Shown one piece after another: positions 25,954 to 39,460 of a stretch of DNA of 64,000 nucleotides. This stretch comes from Octopus sinensis (taxonomy: Eukaryota), in NCBI RefSeq assembly GCF_006345805.1, contig NC_043000.1:134602001-134666000 (forward strand), written 5' to 3'. Each line of letters opens with the position of its first letter. Positions within the stretch are counted from its first letter, which is position 1. The notes beneath the pieces are model-generated. The model saw nothing but the letters and a program-made list of their open reading frames with translations, did no database searches and was not told the origin of the DNA. The position numbers and the translations under genes were made by a program.

Positions 25954-26237
25954 GAAGAGTGGTCCCGGTGCGCGCACTCGCGTATCCGCGCATCCGCGCT
26001 AGCTAGTCTTGAATAGTCGATCCTTACTTTGCATTTGTGTTTTATTTGCTTTGTTTAAAAAAATTATTTACTTTGTGTTTTTGTGTTTTATTTACTTTGT
26101 TTAAAAAAATTATTTACTCTGTGTAAAAAAATTATTTATTTTGTGTTTTATTTACTTTGTTAGGTAGTCGTTGTAAGATCGACTAGTCACGACTAGCTAG
26201 TGCGAGTACGCGAGTGCGCGCACCGGGACCACTCTTC
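25954..26237. mobile_element. MITE with TTAA TSD and GA termini (Kolobok-like)
   Basis: TTAA|GAAGAGTGGTCCCGGTGCGCGCACTCGCGTA perfect 31-bp TIR, imperfect extension to about 80 bp, AT-rich tandem centre. Confidence 0.7.
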
Positions 26238-27423
26238 TTAAGTTGTACCTTTTTTTATCTCTGCGTATCGGTGGTGAATATGGGCACATGTATTTATTTC
26301 AATGTATTCTTTCCCACTTTCTCCCTTAAATGACATACAACAGTAGAGGTGGGCAATTTGGATTGGGGTTGATATGGTCTTTGGTGCTGCTGCTCTATTT
26401 GTGGATATGTGTCCTGACAAGTTTGTGTAGACTAAGTAGAAGGAATATTATTCTTAATAGGGTGGTTTTGGTATCGTCGAAGCATGTTATAGATAAGTCT
26501 GGATGTTTGAAATACTTTTTTTCCTTTTAAGAAGAAAAAAGAAAACACTGAGGAATTTAATTGCAGATGGTGTTAAATGAGACTGTTCTTGTGCTCTTTA
26601 TATTAACAGGTTCTTTATATTAGAAGACTCAAGAATTCCCACAAACACCTGACAGCTAGGCAGCAATTGTACTGAATGCTGGATAGAAATCATACACAAA
26701 AGTCTCATATTTTCTTATCAGACATCCAATATGTGAATGGAGTTATAAAAGAAGAATGCTAGCATTTGATTGTTCAGCCAAGTGATGTTCAGATTCCTTT
26801 TGAAGCATTTTTGGTGTAACGATTCAAGATTTTTTATGCTTTCAGTATGCAGTCTGATTTCCTATGCCATAAAAAGGTATCAAAATCAAACATCTTTACA
26901 TGTGTACACACTTATGTACCTATGTCTGAGTGTTCTTTTTCTGTGTATATCTGTCTCTTCTGTCTGTCTCACTTTCTCTCTCATAGGATACACCACTGCA
27001 GATTTTTGTAGTGGTTGTTATGCTATCATCATAAAAGATCTTATAAACTTCATTTTATCTAAATATAGCTGGAGCAATTAATTTCTAAATTTCATTGTTA
27101 ATGTTTGTCTTCATATAAAATATGGTTACTAAAAATAACTAAACCTTATGAATTTTCCTGGGTGGAGTTATTTTACTATAATTATTGTATTATGCAAATG
27201 AGAGTTGTGTGAATAACTTAATTTTGTTCATATTTTTTTTTAGAATAACATGTGCAAAGCTGTCAACAGTAGCTTGTAGATCTACTTGAAAACCTGCACT
27301 GATAGCTGGATTATTAACATATTTCTAGCTCTATAACTGAATATATGATGCATTTGATTTCAACTTTCAATCAAGATAAAAGTCATTTCAATCTGTTCCA
27401 TATGAAATATATATTCACTGACA

Positions 27424-27826
27424 AAGGCGGCGAGCTGGCAGAAACGTTAGCACGCCGGGTGAAATGCGTTGCCGTTAGGTTCTGAGTTCAAATTCCGCCG
27501 AGGTCGACTTTGCCTTTATCCTTTCGGGGTCGATAAATTAAGTACCAGTTACGCACTGGGGTCGACATAATCGACTTAATCCGTTTGTCTGTCCTTGTTT
27601 GTCCTCTCTGTGTTTAACCCCTTGTGGGTAGTAAAGAAATAGGTATTTCGTCTGCTGCTACGTTCTGAGTTCAAATTCCGCCAAGGTCGACTTTGCCTTT
27701 CATCCTTTCGGAGTCGATTAGATAAGTACCAGTTATGCACTGGGGTCGATATAATTGACTTAATCCGTGTGTCTGTCCTTGTTTGTCCCCTCTGTGTTTA
27801 GCCCCTTGTGGGTAGTAAAGAAATAT
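27424..27826 (+). mobile_element. SINE family B dimer
   Basis: 17-bp TSD atatatatt(c/t)actgaca (27407-27423, 27827-27843) encloses both units. Confidence 0.88.
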
Positions 27827-28042
27827 ATATATATTTACTGACAGAAACAATTGGTCACTATGTAGAACGTTGCAGTTAAAAAAAAAAAAAGGGAGAACAA
27901 TATAGGTGTAATAACATAGCCTTGTTTGACTCAAGTTATTGTGTCATAGGTTTAATACAACTGCTGTCATTGTTATTGTGCACAGCAGTTAAGGTACAGT
28001 AAAAGTGGTGAATTTACATCAAAATATTAATATAACTCATAT

Positions 28043-28235
28043 GAAGCTGGCAGAATCATTACCATACCAGAAAAAGAACTTTGCAGAATTTCTTCCATCT
28101 TCACGTTTTGAGTTCAAATTCCAGCAAGGTCAACTTTGCCTTCAGGTTCACTAAAATAAGTACCAGTTGGTCAATGTAATCAACTTACCCCCTCTCCCCA
28201 AATTGCTGGCCTTGTGCCAAAATTTGAAACCAATA
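28043..28235 (+). mobile_element. Old B-related SINE
   Basis: Degenerate head, B-box and gtaccag core. Confidence 0.6.
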
Positions 28236-28706
28236 TAATAACTCTTATGAAGTTTGTTTCAATTCTCATTATATACGACTCAAAAATATATAAATAATAA
28301 AATACATAAATAAATAAATAATGAAATTATTTATTCAAATGTGAACAAGAACAGTAATCTTTTCTTTAGTACATGTGAATTCATATGTGAAAATTACTGC
28401 TTGTATTATAAGCATCTGTACATAGTCAACTTACCAGGGAAAATTTATAATGGCTTCTGAACCAGACATTCTGGATATTGTGATTGGGATGGGAAATGAT
28501 AGAAATGATAGAATAATTCATTAAATTCCTTCTATTAGTTAGTTACATTTCTTTAGATTCTCAGTTCAAGTTCTGTTAAAGTTGATTTCATTCTTTTTTT
28601 TTTTCTTTATAAAGGTTCATAAAAATCAGTCACTCACTAGTCAAGTACTGAAGTCATAGATAAGTAGCTGTTTCCTTCTTTCAAAATGTGTGGCCTTGTG
28701 CCAAAA

Positions 28707-29085
28707 CTTCATCATCATCATCATCATCGTTTAACGTCCGTTTTCCATGCTAGCATGGGTTGGACGATTTGACTGAGGGCTGAGGGTGAACCAGATGGCT
28801 GCACCAGGCTCCAATCTTGATCTGGCAGAGTTTCTACAGCTGGATGCCTTTCCTAATGCCAACCACTCCGAGAGTGTAGTGGGTGTTTTTATGTGCCACC
28901 GGCCCGAGGGCCAGTCAGGCGGTACTGGCAACGACCTCGCTCGAATTTTTTTTTACCCATGCCACTGGCACAGGTGCCAGTAAGGTGATGCTGGTAACGA
29001 TCACACTCGAATGGTGCCTTTTACGTGCCACCAGCACGGAAGCCAGTTAGCTGCTCTGGCAGCGATCACACTCGGATGGTGCTCC
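28707..29085 (-). mobile_element. RTE LINE 3'-UTR-only copy (family D)
   Basis: Same 3' end and (GAT)n tail as the RTE at 57306. Confidence 0.8.
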
Positions 29086-29189
29086 AAGTCTTGATGAGAC
29101 CGACTTTGCCTGCCATCTTTTCCAGATCAATAAAAATCAGGTACTGGTCAATTGCTAGGAGCAGTAGAATTGACACCTTCTCTTGTGAA

Positions 29190-29750
29190 GGCATGGGGCT
29201 TAGTGGTTAGGGGCATTCGGCTCACGATCATAAGGTCGTGAATTTGATTCCTAGCAGCACGTGTGTCCTTGAGCAAGACACTTTATTTCACATTGCTTCA
29301 GTCTGGCAAAAGTGAGTAGCACCTGTATTTCAAAGGGCTAGCCTTGTCACATTTTGTGATATGCTGAATCTCCCTGAAAGCTATGTTAAGGGTATGTATG
29401 TCTAAAGGTGGAAAGCTGGCAGAAACATTAGCGCGCTTGGCGAAATGCTTAGCAGTATTTCGTCCGTCTTTACGTTCTGAGTTCAAATTCTGCCGAGGTC
29501 AACTTTGCCTTTCATCCTTTCGGGGTCGATTAAATAAGTACCAGTTACGCACTAGGGTCGATATAATCGACTTAATCCGTTTGTCTGTCCTTGTCTGTCC
29601 CCTCTGTGTGTAGCCCCTTGTGGACAGTAAAGAATTAGGTATGCATGTCTTTGGAGCGCTCAGCCACTTGCATGTTAATTTCATGAGCAGGCTGTTCCAT
29701 TGATCATATGAATTGGAACCTTCATTGTTGTAACTGATGGAGTGTCAGTT
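29190..29750 (+). mobile_element. SINE family C-like with nested SINE B (29406-29637)
   Basis: 13-bp TSD ggtatg(t/c)atgtct around B. Confidence 0.75.
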
Positions 29751-30011
29751 AAAACGCTCTCCCAAAATTGCTGGCTTGGTGCCAAAATTAGAAGCAATTA
29801 TTGCAAAGCAATGAGCCAGTTGAATCATTAGTGAGTCAGAAAGAAAGTGCTTTGTGGTATTTAGTAAGAATTTTACACACTGAGTTCAAACTTTGCTGAG
29901 GTCAACTTTGCTTTCCATCCTTGCCAATAAAATAGTAATCAAGTACTGCAGTTTTGATATCAACTAACCACTTCCTCTCAAAATTGTTGGCCTTATACTT
30001 AAAGAAGACAC

Positions 30012-30013
<2 letters not shown>

Positions 30014-30069
<56 letters not shown>

Positions 30070-30623
30070 GAGTGAGAGAGCAGTGCATGCCATCAAAGTG
30101 ACACTGGGGTAAAATATGCGAAGCCCAGTATACCCATCATGACTACCCGTTTGATAAGGGTACACCTGGCACATGCATCACAACCATATGTGCGCGACGT
30201 GGTGATCTCATATCAAGATAAACAGCACCTGACCTTGCAGGTGAGGCCCAGTTAGAATTTTATTTTGGTTGAGTAGCCCATCCTGCTCAAAAGGTCCCTG
30301 GATAAGGATTGTTTAAGGATGTTGAACAAACCACCCATGTTTCCAAAGGTGAATTATCCAAACTGCAAAGAATTCCTTTCAACACATGGCTGTGATGCTC
30401 CTCTACTACTTCTGCTCATGATCAGAGATGCACATATCTTCAGCCACTAAGGGACATGCTCAACTGGTTAAGGTCAAGCAACTGACAAGCAAATCTGTGG
30501 TATTGAGCAGAATATTTGCTGTAGCCCATCTTTTATACCAAGACAAAACAATGTATATGATAACACTTCCAATCAATAAAGATCAGAAGCCACGAGACCC
30601 ACTGCCTGGCACTGCATCAGGGC

Positions 30624-30625
<2 letters not shown>
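30014..30625 (-). mobile_element. Non-LTR element 3' fragment with (AAT)n tail
   Basis: Non-coding segment ending ...gcactgctctctcactc(aat)n on minus strand; family not identified. Confidence 0.4.
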
Positions 30626-30668
<43 letters not shown>

Positions 30669-31156
30669 AGATTTGATAGTTTCAGGCAGATTTCTATTGC
30701 ATCACCTGCTAGATAGACCTCCCTGTTGATGGGGGGGGGGGTGCAGCACTGTGTGTTCTCTTTTGTTGTTAGGGGAGGGAAAACTCTTCCTGGTATTTGT
30801 ATTGCATCAGTTTGTTTTGTTATGAAGTTTAGTTGTAGTCTTTTGTTGCATTAGTGCTTCTATTATGAGTTGTGTGTGCAATGTTGAGTTGTGTTCCTCT
30901 GTTGGGTATCTGGCCTGTAGGAGTACATGTTGTCATGGTTGTTTATTTTATTGGATTTGGTTTGGGTAGATGTGTAGAGATTTTATTTTGGTTTAGCCTT
31001 TTATTTGCTGTTGTGTTTCTTTCTTTCTCTTGGGTCTGATGCATTTTTAGAGATATAATGTCTGATGTGCTATTGCTGTTTGATTCTCAGGTGTTTTGCT
31101 TTTATTTTCAGAGTGTATTTTTTTCTATGTGTTTGTCTATTATTATTATTATTATC

Positions 31157-31203
<47 letters not shown>

Positions 31204-31204
31204 C

Positions 31205-31418
31205 AAGGTGGCAAGCTGGCAGAATCATGAACATGCCGGATGAAATGCTTAGCAGCATTTTGTCTGTCTTTATGTTCTGAGTTCAAATTCCACCGAGGTT
31301 GACTTTGCCTTTCACCTTTTCAGAGTCAATAAAATAAGTACCAGTTAAACACTGGGGTCGATGTAATCAACTCATCCTCTCCCCCAAAACTGCTGCCCTT
31401 GTGGAAAAATTTGAAACC
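31205..31418 (+). mobile_element. B-related SINE
   Basis: Head, B-box, core. Confidence 0.7.
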
Positions 31419-31515
31419 ATTATTATTATTATCATCATTATTATTATTATTATTATTATCATCATTATTGTTATTATTATATTATTATTATTATTATTAT
31501 CATCATTATTATTAC

Positions 31516-31560
<45 letters not shown>

Positions 31561-31564
31561 CATT

Positions 31565-31641
<77 letters not shown>

Positions 31642-31715
31642 CATTATTATTATTATTATTATCATATTCATTATTATTACTATTATCATCATCATTGTTG
31701 TTGTTGTTATTATTC
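31417..31715. repeat. Compound (ATT/ATC/GTT)n microsatellite
   Basis: Direct reading. Confidence 0.95.
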
Positions 31716-32484
31716 ATCCTGGAGACTTTCAGCCTAAAGGAGCCTTGCTAGTGTAGGAAATCCAACAGGCATAGTTGTTACCATCTTTCCAAGGTGTGAG
31801 CAAAACAAACAGTTTGTACATACTGGTTCATTGCCTGAGCATTGGAGACTTGTGGAGTTATGTTGAACAGCTGTTGTCAAGAGTTGGACAAATCCAGCTA
31901 ATAGCCAAGTTGATAATGAGTAATTCCCTGTCAACTTCCTTTTGGCTGGGAAGAGCTAGTATGGTAGACAAGACTGAAAAAAAAAAATTAGGACAAATAC
32001 TTTACTCTCTATTTAAGCCTTCATCAACAATTTTAAGTTCCACTTTGAGAGAAAGCTTAAAATGAAGAGACAGATGCTGAAAGGTGTGTGAGAGTGATGA
32101 GACTGCTTTTTATGAGTGAAGAGGCATACTCTCAGACCAGAGAACACAGGAGATGGCACTTGTCTTTGAGAGTATGAGTAATCCAGGATCTGGGAGATTC
32201 TTTTGATTGGCTCCTGGTGGTTGTCTCTATGATGTCATTGTATTATAATTGACATGATTTTATAATTTGTCCTTGCAGTGGCTCCTTATCCATTGTCCTT
32301 GTTACAAATAAAAATAAAGATTATTATAATTGTTTGAATCATTAAAGTAAAAGATAGTATTTGTTCCAGCTATTTACATTCTAAGCTCAAATCCACTGAG
32401 GTTAATTAGTTAAATAATTAAAATAATTTTTTTTTTAAATGATACAACAAAAAATACAAAGACAAAAAAGTAAAACAACATGAG

Positions 32485-32975
32485 TCATCATCATCATCAT
32501 CATCATAATTGTTTAACACCCACTTTCCATGCTAGCATAGGTTGGACGATTTGACTGAGGACTGGCAAACCAGATGGCTGCACCAGGCTCCAATCTGATC
32601 TGGCAGAGTTTCTACAGCTGGATGCCCTTCCTAATGCCAACCACTCCGAGAGTGTAGTGGGTGCCTTTACGTACCACTGGCACGAGGGCTAGTCAGGCAG
32701 TACTGGCAATGGCTACGCTCAAAAGGAGTTTTTTACATGCCACCTGCACAGGAGCCAGTCCAGTGGCACTGGCAACGACCTTGCCCGAATGTTTTTTCAT
32801 GTGCCACCGGAACAAGTGCCAGTAAGGTGAAGCTGGTAATGATCACGCTTGAATGGTGCTTTTTACATGCCACCAGCATGGAAGCCAGTCAGCTGCTCTG
32901 GCAACAATCATGCTCGGATGGTGCTCTTAGCGCTCTACTAGCATGGATGCCATTCACCGAATTTGATTTCAAAGT
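32485..32975 (-). mobile_element. RTE 3'-UTR copy (family D)
   Basis: As 28707. Confidence 0.8.
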
Positions 32976-33264
32976 ATGTGTGTTTATTATTGGCATAACA
33001 ATCCTCTTTAACTGATTAATATAACCCCTCGAATTTCTAGCCTTGTACAAATGTTAGAAATTACTATTATTTTTTAAGGGCTGGATAGTAAAATTTCAAA
33101 AGCATTTGTTTAATATCATACTCAGTTCAGTTATGTCCGTTTACTTATTGAGTTCAAATGACTTTATCCTCAATTCTTACACTGTTGCTAATATAGTGCC
33201 ATCAAGTACTGAAGTCAAATGTAACTGATCTTCAGATCTTGTGACAATATCACATATTATTATT

Positions 33265-33730
33265 CTTTTCTACTCTAGGCACAAGGCCTGAAATTTTTGG
33301 GCAGGGGGCCAGTTGTTTAGATTGACCCCAGCACACAACTGGTACTTAATTTATCGACCCTGAAAGGATAAAAGGCAAAGTCAACCTCGGTGGAATTTGA
33401 ACTCAGAATGTAAAGACAGATGAAATACCGCTTTGCCCAGTGTGCTAACATTTCTGCCAGCTCACCACTTTTACATATTATTATTATCATTGTTATTAAT
33501 GCCATGTATATAGGCAGCGAGCTGGTAGAATAATTAGCATGCTACACAAAATGCTAAGAGGCATTCCATCCATTTTTACATTTTGGGTTCAATTTCCACA
33601 GAGGTCACCTATGCCTTTCTTCATTTTGGGGTTGATAAAATAAGTACCAGTTGAGCACTGGGGTCAATGTAATTGACTAGCCCCCTACCCAAAATTTCAG
33701 GCCTTTTGCTTATGGTAGAAAGGATTATTA
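33265..33730. mobile_element. Two B-related SINEs in opposite orientation (33265-33470 minus, 33513-33730 plus)
   Basis: Degenerate heads and cores. Confidence 0.65.
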
Positions 33731-34661
33731 ATGCCATGTACTTCCAAGCAATATAATTGCTTAGAAATACACAGCAGGCTTTATAAGCTGGTTTGACTAT
33801 TATATTTTTAGAGGCATGAAACTAATGGTAGCTCAAATTTAAATTCTGCATATATTAAATGATATTTCTCTCTCACTGGATGGAGTACTTTTGTTGTTGA
33901 TCCCATGGATAAAAGAACTTTACATTTTACATCCAGCTGTAGAAAATCTGCCTCAACAAAGTTCTGTTTGACTCATGCAAGCATGGAAGAGTATATATTA
34001 AACAATGATTATTATTGTTTCAATTACTTTATTTTACATTCTGTTCAGTGAGTTTCTTGCTGTGTACATGTCCTTATATCACTTACAGTACTATGATTCT
34101 TTCTGATTGATCATGCAACGAAAGAATTAGAAGCTTAAATCATGGAGCAAAACAACAGCTATCTCCAACTGTGTTGAAGACTATAATCTCAAAATAATAT
34201 CTGTGTTTTGTCTAATAATCTAAATATTAAGCTGTAACTATGAAAAATATGTAGGCGGATCATTTTTGCTTTTTACATTTTGTCAGCCACTTTGGTGTCA
34301 CTAACTTCAGAATATATCATTATTATATCTCAATATATCATTATATGATTCAAATATATAATGATAGCTATTGAAATTACTTATGGGCATCATTATTTTA
34401 TCTATCAATGCTAGTCGCCAGTATTATCAGAATTACTATACTATTTCAAGTAGTTATTATTTAGAACTTCCTGTTATTAGATATGACAAATCAATATTGC
34501 TAAATTGGTTAGATGGAAAACGCCTTGTTTATTTCCATTCTGAGTTCAAATCCTTCCAAAGCCTTGCTTTTATTCTTTCAGGGTCATTAAATGAAAAACT
34601 AATTGAATCCTTTGTTGATACAATCAATTTCTCCCTTCATACCAAATTTGAGACTTTCACC

Positions 34662-35003
34662 GCCTGATGCCAGCGCGGCCTTGACTGGCTTCTGTGCCAC
34701 TGGCACGTAAATGGCCAATGCCAGCACCGCCTTAACTGGCTTCTGTGCCGGTGGCATGTAAAAAGCACCAACTGATCGTGGCCGCTACCAGCTTCCCATG
34801 GCACCTGTGCTGGTGGCGCGTAAAAAAGCACTCACTACACTCACGGAGTGGTTGGCGTTAGGAAGGGCATCCAGCTGTAGAAACACTGCCAGATCAGACT
34901 GGAGCCTGGTGCAACCTCCTGGCTTCCCAGACCCCGGTTGAACTGTCCAACCCATACTAGCATGGAAAACGGACGTTAAACAATGATGATGATGATGATG
35001 ATG
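34662..35003 (+). mobile_element. RTE 3'-UTR copy (family D)
   Basis: ggttggcgttaggaagggcatccagctgtagaaac...ggacgttaaac(gat)n. Confidence 0.8.
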
Positions 35004-35273
35004 TGCTTTATGTTAGGAACCACTGCCAAGTACTGAGGTTGGAATAATAAGCTGTTCCTTCCCACAAACGTCTGGCCTTGTTCCTGTTCTAGCCAACAAT
35101 TTCAACGGAAGGGGATTAGTTGATTACGTCAATCCTGATACTTGACAGGAACTTTTTTTCTTTTTTTAACAAAAGGTAAAGTTAAGTTGGTGAGATTTGA
35201 ATCCAGACTATAAAGAACCAGAAAAAATACTAAAAAGTTGTTTTTTTTCCTAATGTTCTAATGATTCTGCCAA

Positions 35274-35294
35274 ACAACAACAACAACAGTAATA

Positions 35295-35335
<41 letters not shown>

Positions 35336-35345
35336 CACCACCACC

Positions 35346-35416
<71 letters not shown>

Positions 35417-35463
35417 TACCACCAGCAACGACAATGATGACAACAACAGCAACAATAATAATA
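35274..35463. repeat. Compound (CAA/CTA/CCA)n microsatellite
   Basis: Direct reading. Confidence 0.95.
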
Positions 35464-35894
35464 ATCCTTTCTACTATGGGCACAAGGCCTGGAACTTTTG
35501 TGGAAGGGGCTGGTTGATTACATCAACTCTATTGTTTGATCCTGAAAGGATGTGAAAGGCAAGGTCAATCTCAGTAGAATTTGAACAAACAACATAAAGA
35601 TGGGTGAAATGCAACAAAGAATTTTGTCCATCATACAAACAATTCTGCCAGATCACTATCTTAATAATAATAATAATAGTTTCAAATTTTGGCGCAAGGC
35701 TACCAATTTTGAAAGAGGGGTTAAGTCAATTACATCAACCCCAGTTGTCAACAGGTTCTTATTTTATCGACTCTGGAAGGAGGAAAGGCAAAGTCGATCT
35801 CAGTAGCATTTGAACTCAGAAAGTAGAGTCAGATGAAAAGCCGCTAAGCATTTTGCCCAGCATTGTCCAGTATTGTCCAGTATTGTCACAAGGT

Positions 35895-36440
35895 GACCTA
35901 GCAGAAACATTAGCATGCCGGGCAAAATGCTTAGTGGTATTTTGTCTGCCGTTACGTTCTGGGTTCAAATTCCGCCGAGGTCGACTTTGCCTTTCATCCT
36001 TTTGGGGTCGATTAAATAAGTACCAGTTATGCACTAGGGTTGATGTAATCGACTTGATCCGTGTGTCCGTCCTTGTTCGTCCCCTCTGTGTTTAGCCCCT
36101 TGCGGGTAGTAAAGAAATAGGTATTTCATCTGCTGCTACGTTCTGAGTTCAACTTCCGTCGAGGTCGACTTTGCCTTTCATCCTTTCGAGGTCGATTAAA
36201 TACGCACTGGGGTCGATATAATTGACTTAATTTGTTTGTCTGTCCTTGTTTGTCCCCTCTGTGTTTAGCCTCTTGTGGGTAGTAAAGAAACAGGTATTTT
36301 GTCTGTCTTTATGTTTTGAGTTCAAATTCCGCAAAGGTCGACTTTGCCTTTCAATAAACTACATACCAGTTGCATACTGGGGTCGATCTAATTGACTAAC
36401 CTCCTCCCCCCAAATTCGGGTCTTGTGCCTAGAGTAGAAA
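35895..36440 (+). mobile_element. SINE family B trimer
   Basis: Units joined at AAAGAAA(T/C)AG|GTATTT near 36120 and 36293. Confidence 0.8.
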
Positions 36441-37645
36441 AGAATATTGTCACAAGATCAAAGATCAATCACCTGTTGTCCCTTCCACTCCAGTGCCTTT
36501 TGCAGAGTCCACTCTATTTCAGATATTGTAGGCTAGGTTTCTGCTTCAAGGATATTTTCTTCATACCCTTACATCAGTCTAGAAGGCCCTATAAAGGATT
36601 GTTGGCAACAACTCCTTGCCTGACAAAAAGACAAAAAATATTTTAAAAAAGACAAGTACATTATGAATGAAGTTCTAAATAGGAAGGGTGTACTCTGTCG
36701 TTATTTTGATGTGTTCTTCCTAAATGGGAAGATGTGGTTGTGTTCAGTTAATTTCTATACAAGCATGGGAGACTTCTCAATGAGAATGTTCTATAATCTT
36801 CAATGCATTTTAACCAATAATTAAAAGGAATACTGTAAATAACATCTTAATGATGTTGTTAGCTGCAATTGATATTTAAGCTGTTACTTCTATTTGAAAC
36901 CTAAAACCTCCACAGTATATCATAACATAGTTATATTGTTGATCCTAATCAAGTATATCTTACATTTCATAATTCAATCCTTTAATCACTCTTTCAATAA
37001 ATCAATAGAGTTGAGTATTAAATATCTATAAGCTAAATTAAAATTTCTAAATTAAATTAAATATCTATGAGCTACTCTTATATTCAAATGTGGTGATGAT
37101 TATGATTTCAACAATTATCATACAATTGTCATCTGATGCCATTCAATTAACATTGATACTGCTATTTTAAAAAACAAAAAATATTCTACCAAAAATTATG
37201 GCTTGTCAAATCATTATTTTTTTAACTAAGTAAACCAGTGTGGTTTCAACAAAGGTCATTTGACTATCCACCCTGTTCTCTAACTTCTAAATAAGCTGAT
37301 GCAAATAAATATAACTTCCTATGCAAACCTCAAATTACTTTTGGAATACTTTCTAGACTGCTTGATTTCATAAACTGACAAATACTAGCATCAAAATTGC
37401 ATCACAATGGTCTATGGGGCATAGGAAATAAGCGATTTAAAATTTTTGCAGTGGATAGGATGTAATGGAAATAAACGGGAAACATCATATCTCTAGAAAT
37501 TAGTGTAACTTATGGTGGCCTTAATGGCTCAATATCCGGGTCATTGCTATTCAAAATCTCTGTAACATGCATTTAGCTTTATATTTAGATCTTTTAAAAA
37601 AAAAGAACAAAAGACTGATTTAATCAATATATCAGACAGCCTTAA

Positions 37646-37857
37646 CCCTTTTGATACCAACCTGCCTTAGATTATTGTTGATTCTGTAATATAATCTACC
37701 AATTTTAAAGTGATACAAATTAAAACTTTCCATAAAAACTTTATGTTAATTTATGTTCCAAACACCAGCTTAATAGTGACATGTCATTTTACTAAATTAT
37801 ACTTTCTTCACTGAAATAAAGGTAGTGTATTCCAATAGAAATTTTGCGTCAAAAGGG
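37646..37857. mobile_element. piggyBac-type MITE
   Basis: TTAA|CCCTTTTGATAC...GCGTCAAAAGGG|TTAA. Confidence 0.7.
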
Positions 37858-38201
37858 TTAATTCAAACAAGCTAGCTTAAGTATGACCACAAGGTTAAGA
37901 AGCTCATTTACAATCAAGTATTTTGTGTTTGATCCCATTGTGTACTAAATAAACAGATATCTTCTATCATAGCCTTGGGTTGATCAATGTCTTATGAATG
38001 AAATTTGATTGACAAAAACAGTGTGGAAGGTTGCCATATACATACATCACACCAGTATGGAAAGCAGGTATTAAATGAAGATGATGATGATGATGAGGAG
38101 GAGGAGGAGATAGATAGATAGATAGATAGATAGATACATACATACATACATGCAGCCTGCCTACCTGCCTATGTATGTGTGTGTGTGTGTGTGTGTATAT
38201 A

Positions 38202-39044
38202 CAGGGTGTGATGGGTAAATTGTCATCATTTTATATTTTTAGTTTTGCACATATGCTTTGTTTGTTTTTGATTTTGTCAATTACAAAGTATAGTAGGATC
38301 AGTACCATAATGCAATTCACTCTACCAGAAATTTGAAAATAACATGCTGTACTGCCTGGCATTTGTGCCAGAAGCTCCATTTCAGAGTATTTGGGCATCA
38401 ATCTGAGGGCAGTGTAATTTGAGAACACGTACCAAGAGTGATAAAAATCAAACATCCAGTCAACATTATGGTATTTGGTGTGATCACTAGTGATGGTGAC
38501 GTTATGCTTCCATTCATCTTCCCACATGACCTCAGACTCAACATGGAGGCCTACATCAAGTGCCTGGAGAAATGCCCTGGGTCAAGAGGATGGCTGCTGG
38601 AAGGCCATATGTCTAGCAACAACACTCTGTACCATGCCACACAAGCAGGAGAACCTAGTTATGGCTGTCAGACAATTTCTGTGACCACATCACCCCTAAC
38701 ATCTGGCCATCTATCTCCCCAGACTACAACCTCCTTGATTATTATGTGTGGGGCACAGTTTAACAAGAGACCAACAAAACTCCAAAGATGAACTGAAGGC
38801 AAGGATTATGGCAGTATTAACCAACTTAAACAAGGAGACCATCTAGAAGAGTTTCAGGAGATTCCAAAGTCTCCTGGAGGCCATGGTTGAAGCCAATGGT
38901 GATTTTATTTAATAAATTTACTCTTTAGTATTTCAAAATATTATTTTATGTAATTTTAGTAAATATATCTGTTAAAATGAGATGACAGTGTTATTTTCAT
39001 TTTCACATGATTTAGACGACAGTTTATTCACCGCACGCACTCTG
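38202..39044 (+). mobile_element. Tc1/mariner relic, maT (DD37D) family
   Basis: TA TSD, degenerate TIRs; decayed transposase MVFGVITSDG...PYV*QQHSVPCH...IWPSISPDYNLLDYYVWG with 37-residue spacing. Confidence 0.75.
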
Positions 39045-39046
39045 TA

Positions 39047-39428
39047 TCATCATCATTTAACGTCTGCTTTCCATGCTAGCATGGGTTGGACGATTTGACT
39101 GAGGTCTGGCGAACCAGACTCCAATCTGATCTGGCAGAGTTTCTACAGCTGGATGCCCTTCCTAATGCCAACCACTCCGAGAGTGTAGTGGGTGCTTTTA
39201 CGTGCCAGTTTGGTGGTACTGGCAATGGCCACGCCTAAATGGTGCTTTTTATGTGCCACCTGCACAGGAGCCAGTCCAGTGGCACTGGTGACGACCTCGC
39301 TCAAATATTTCACATGCCACCGGCACAAGTGCTAGTAAGGTGACGCGGTAACGATCACACTTGAATGGTGTGCTTAATGTGCCATCGGCACGGAGGCCAG
39401 CTTGTTGCTCTGGCAACGATCTCACTCG
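39047..39428 (-). mobile_element. RTE 3'-UTR copy (family D)
   Basis: As 28707. Confidence 0.8.
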
Positions 39429-39460
39429 TATAAATATATTATATGCATATATACATATGT

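Noticed and set aside
31367-31751. Overlapping poly-N/I/L/Y/H ORFs (also 35250-35483, 16864-17226, 25551-25787)
   Set aside because: Microsatellite translations
34087-34237. Splice-site-bounded segment that would fit the minus exon chain
   Set aside because: Three to four stops in every frame, as expected for random AT-rich DNA
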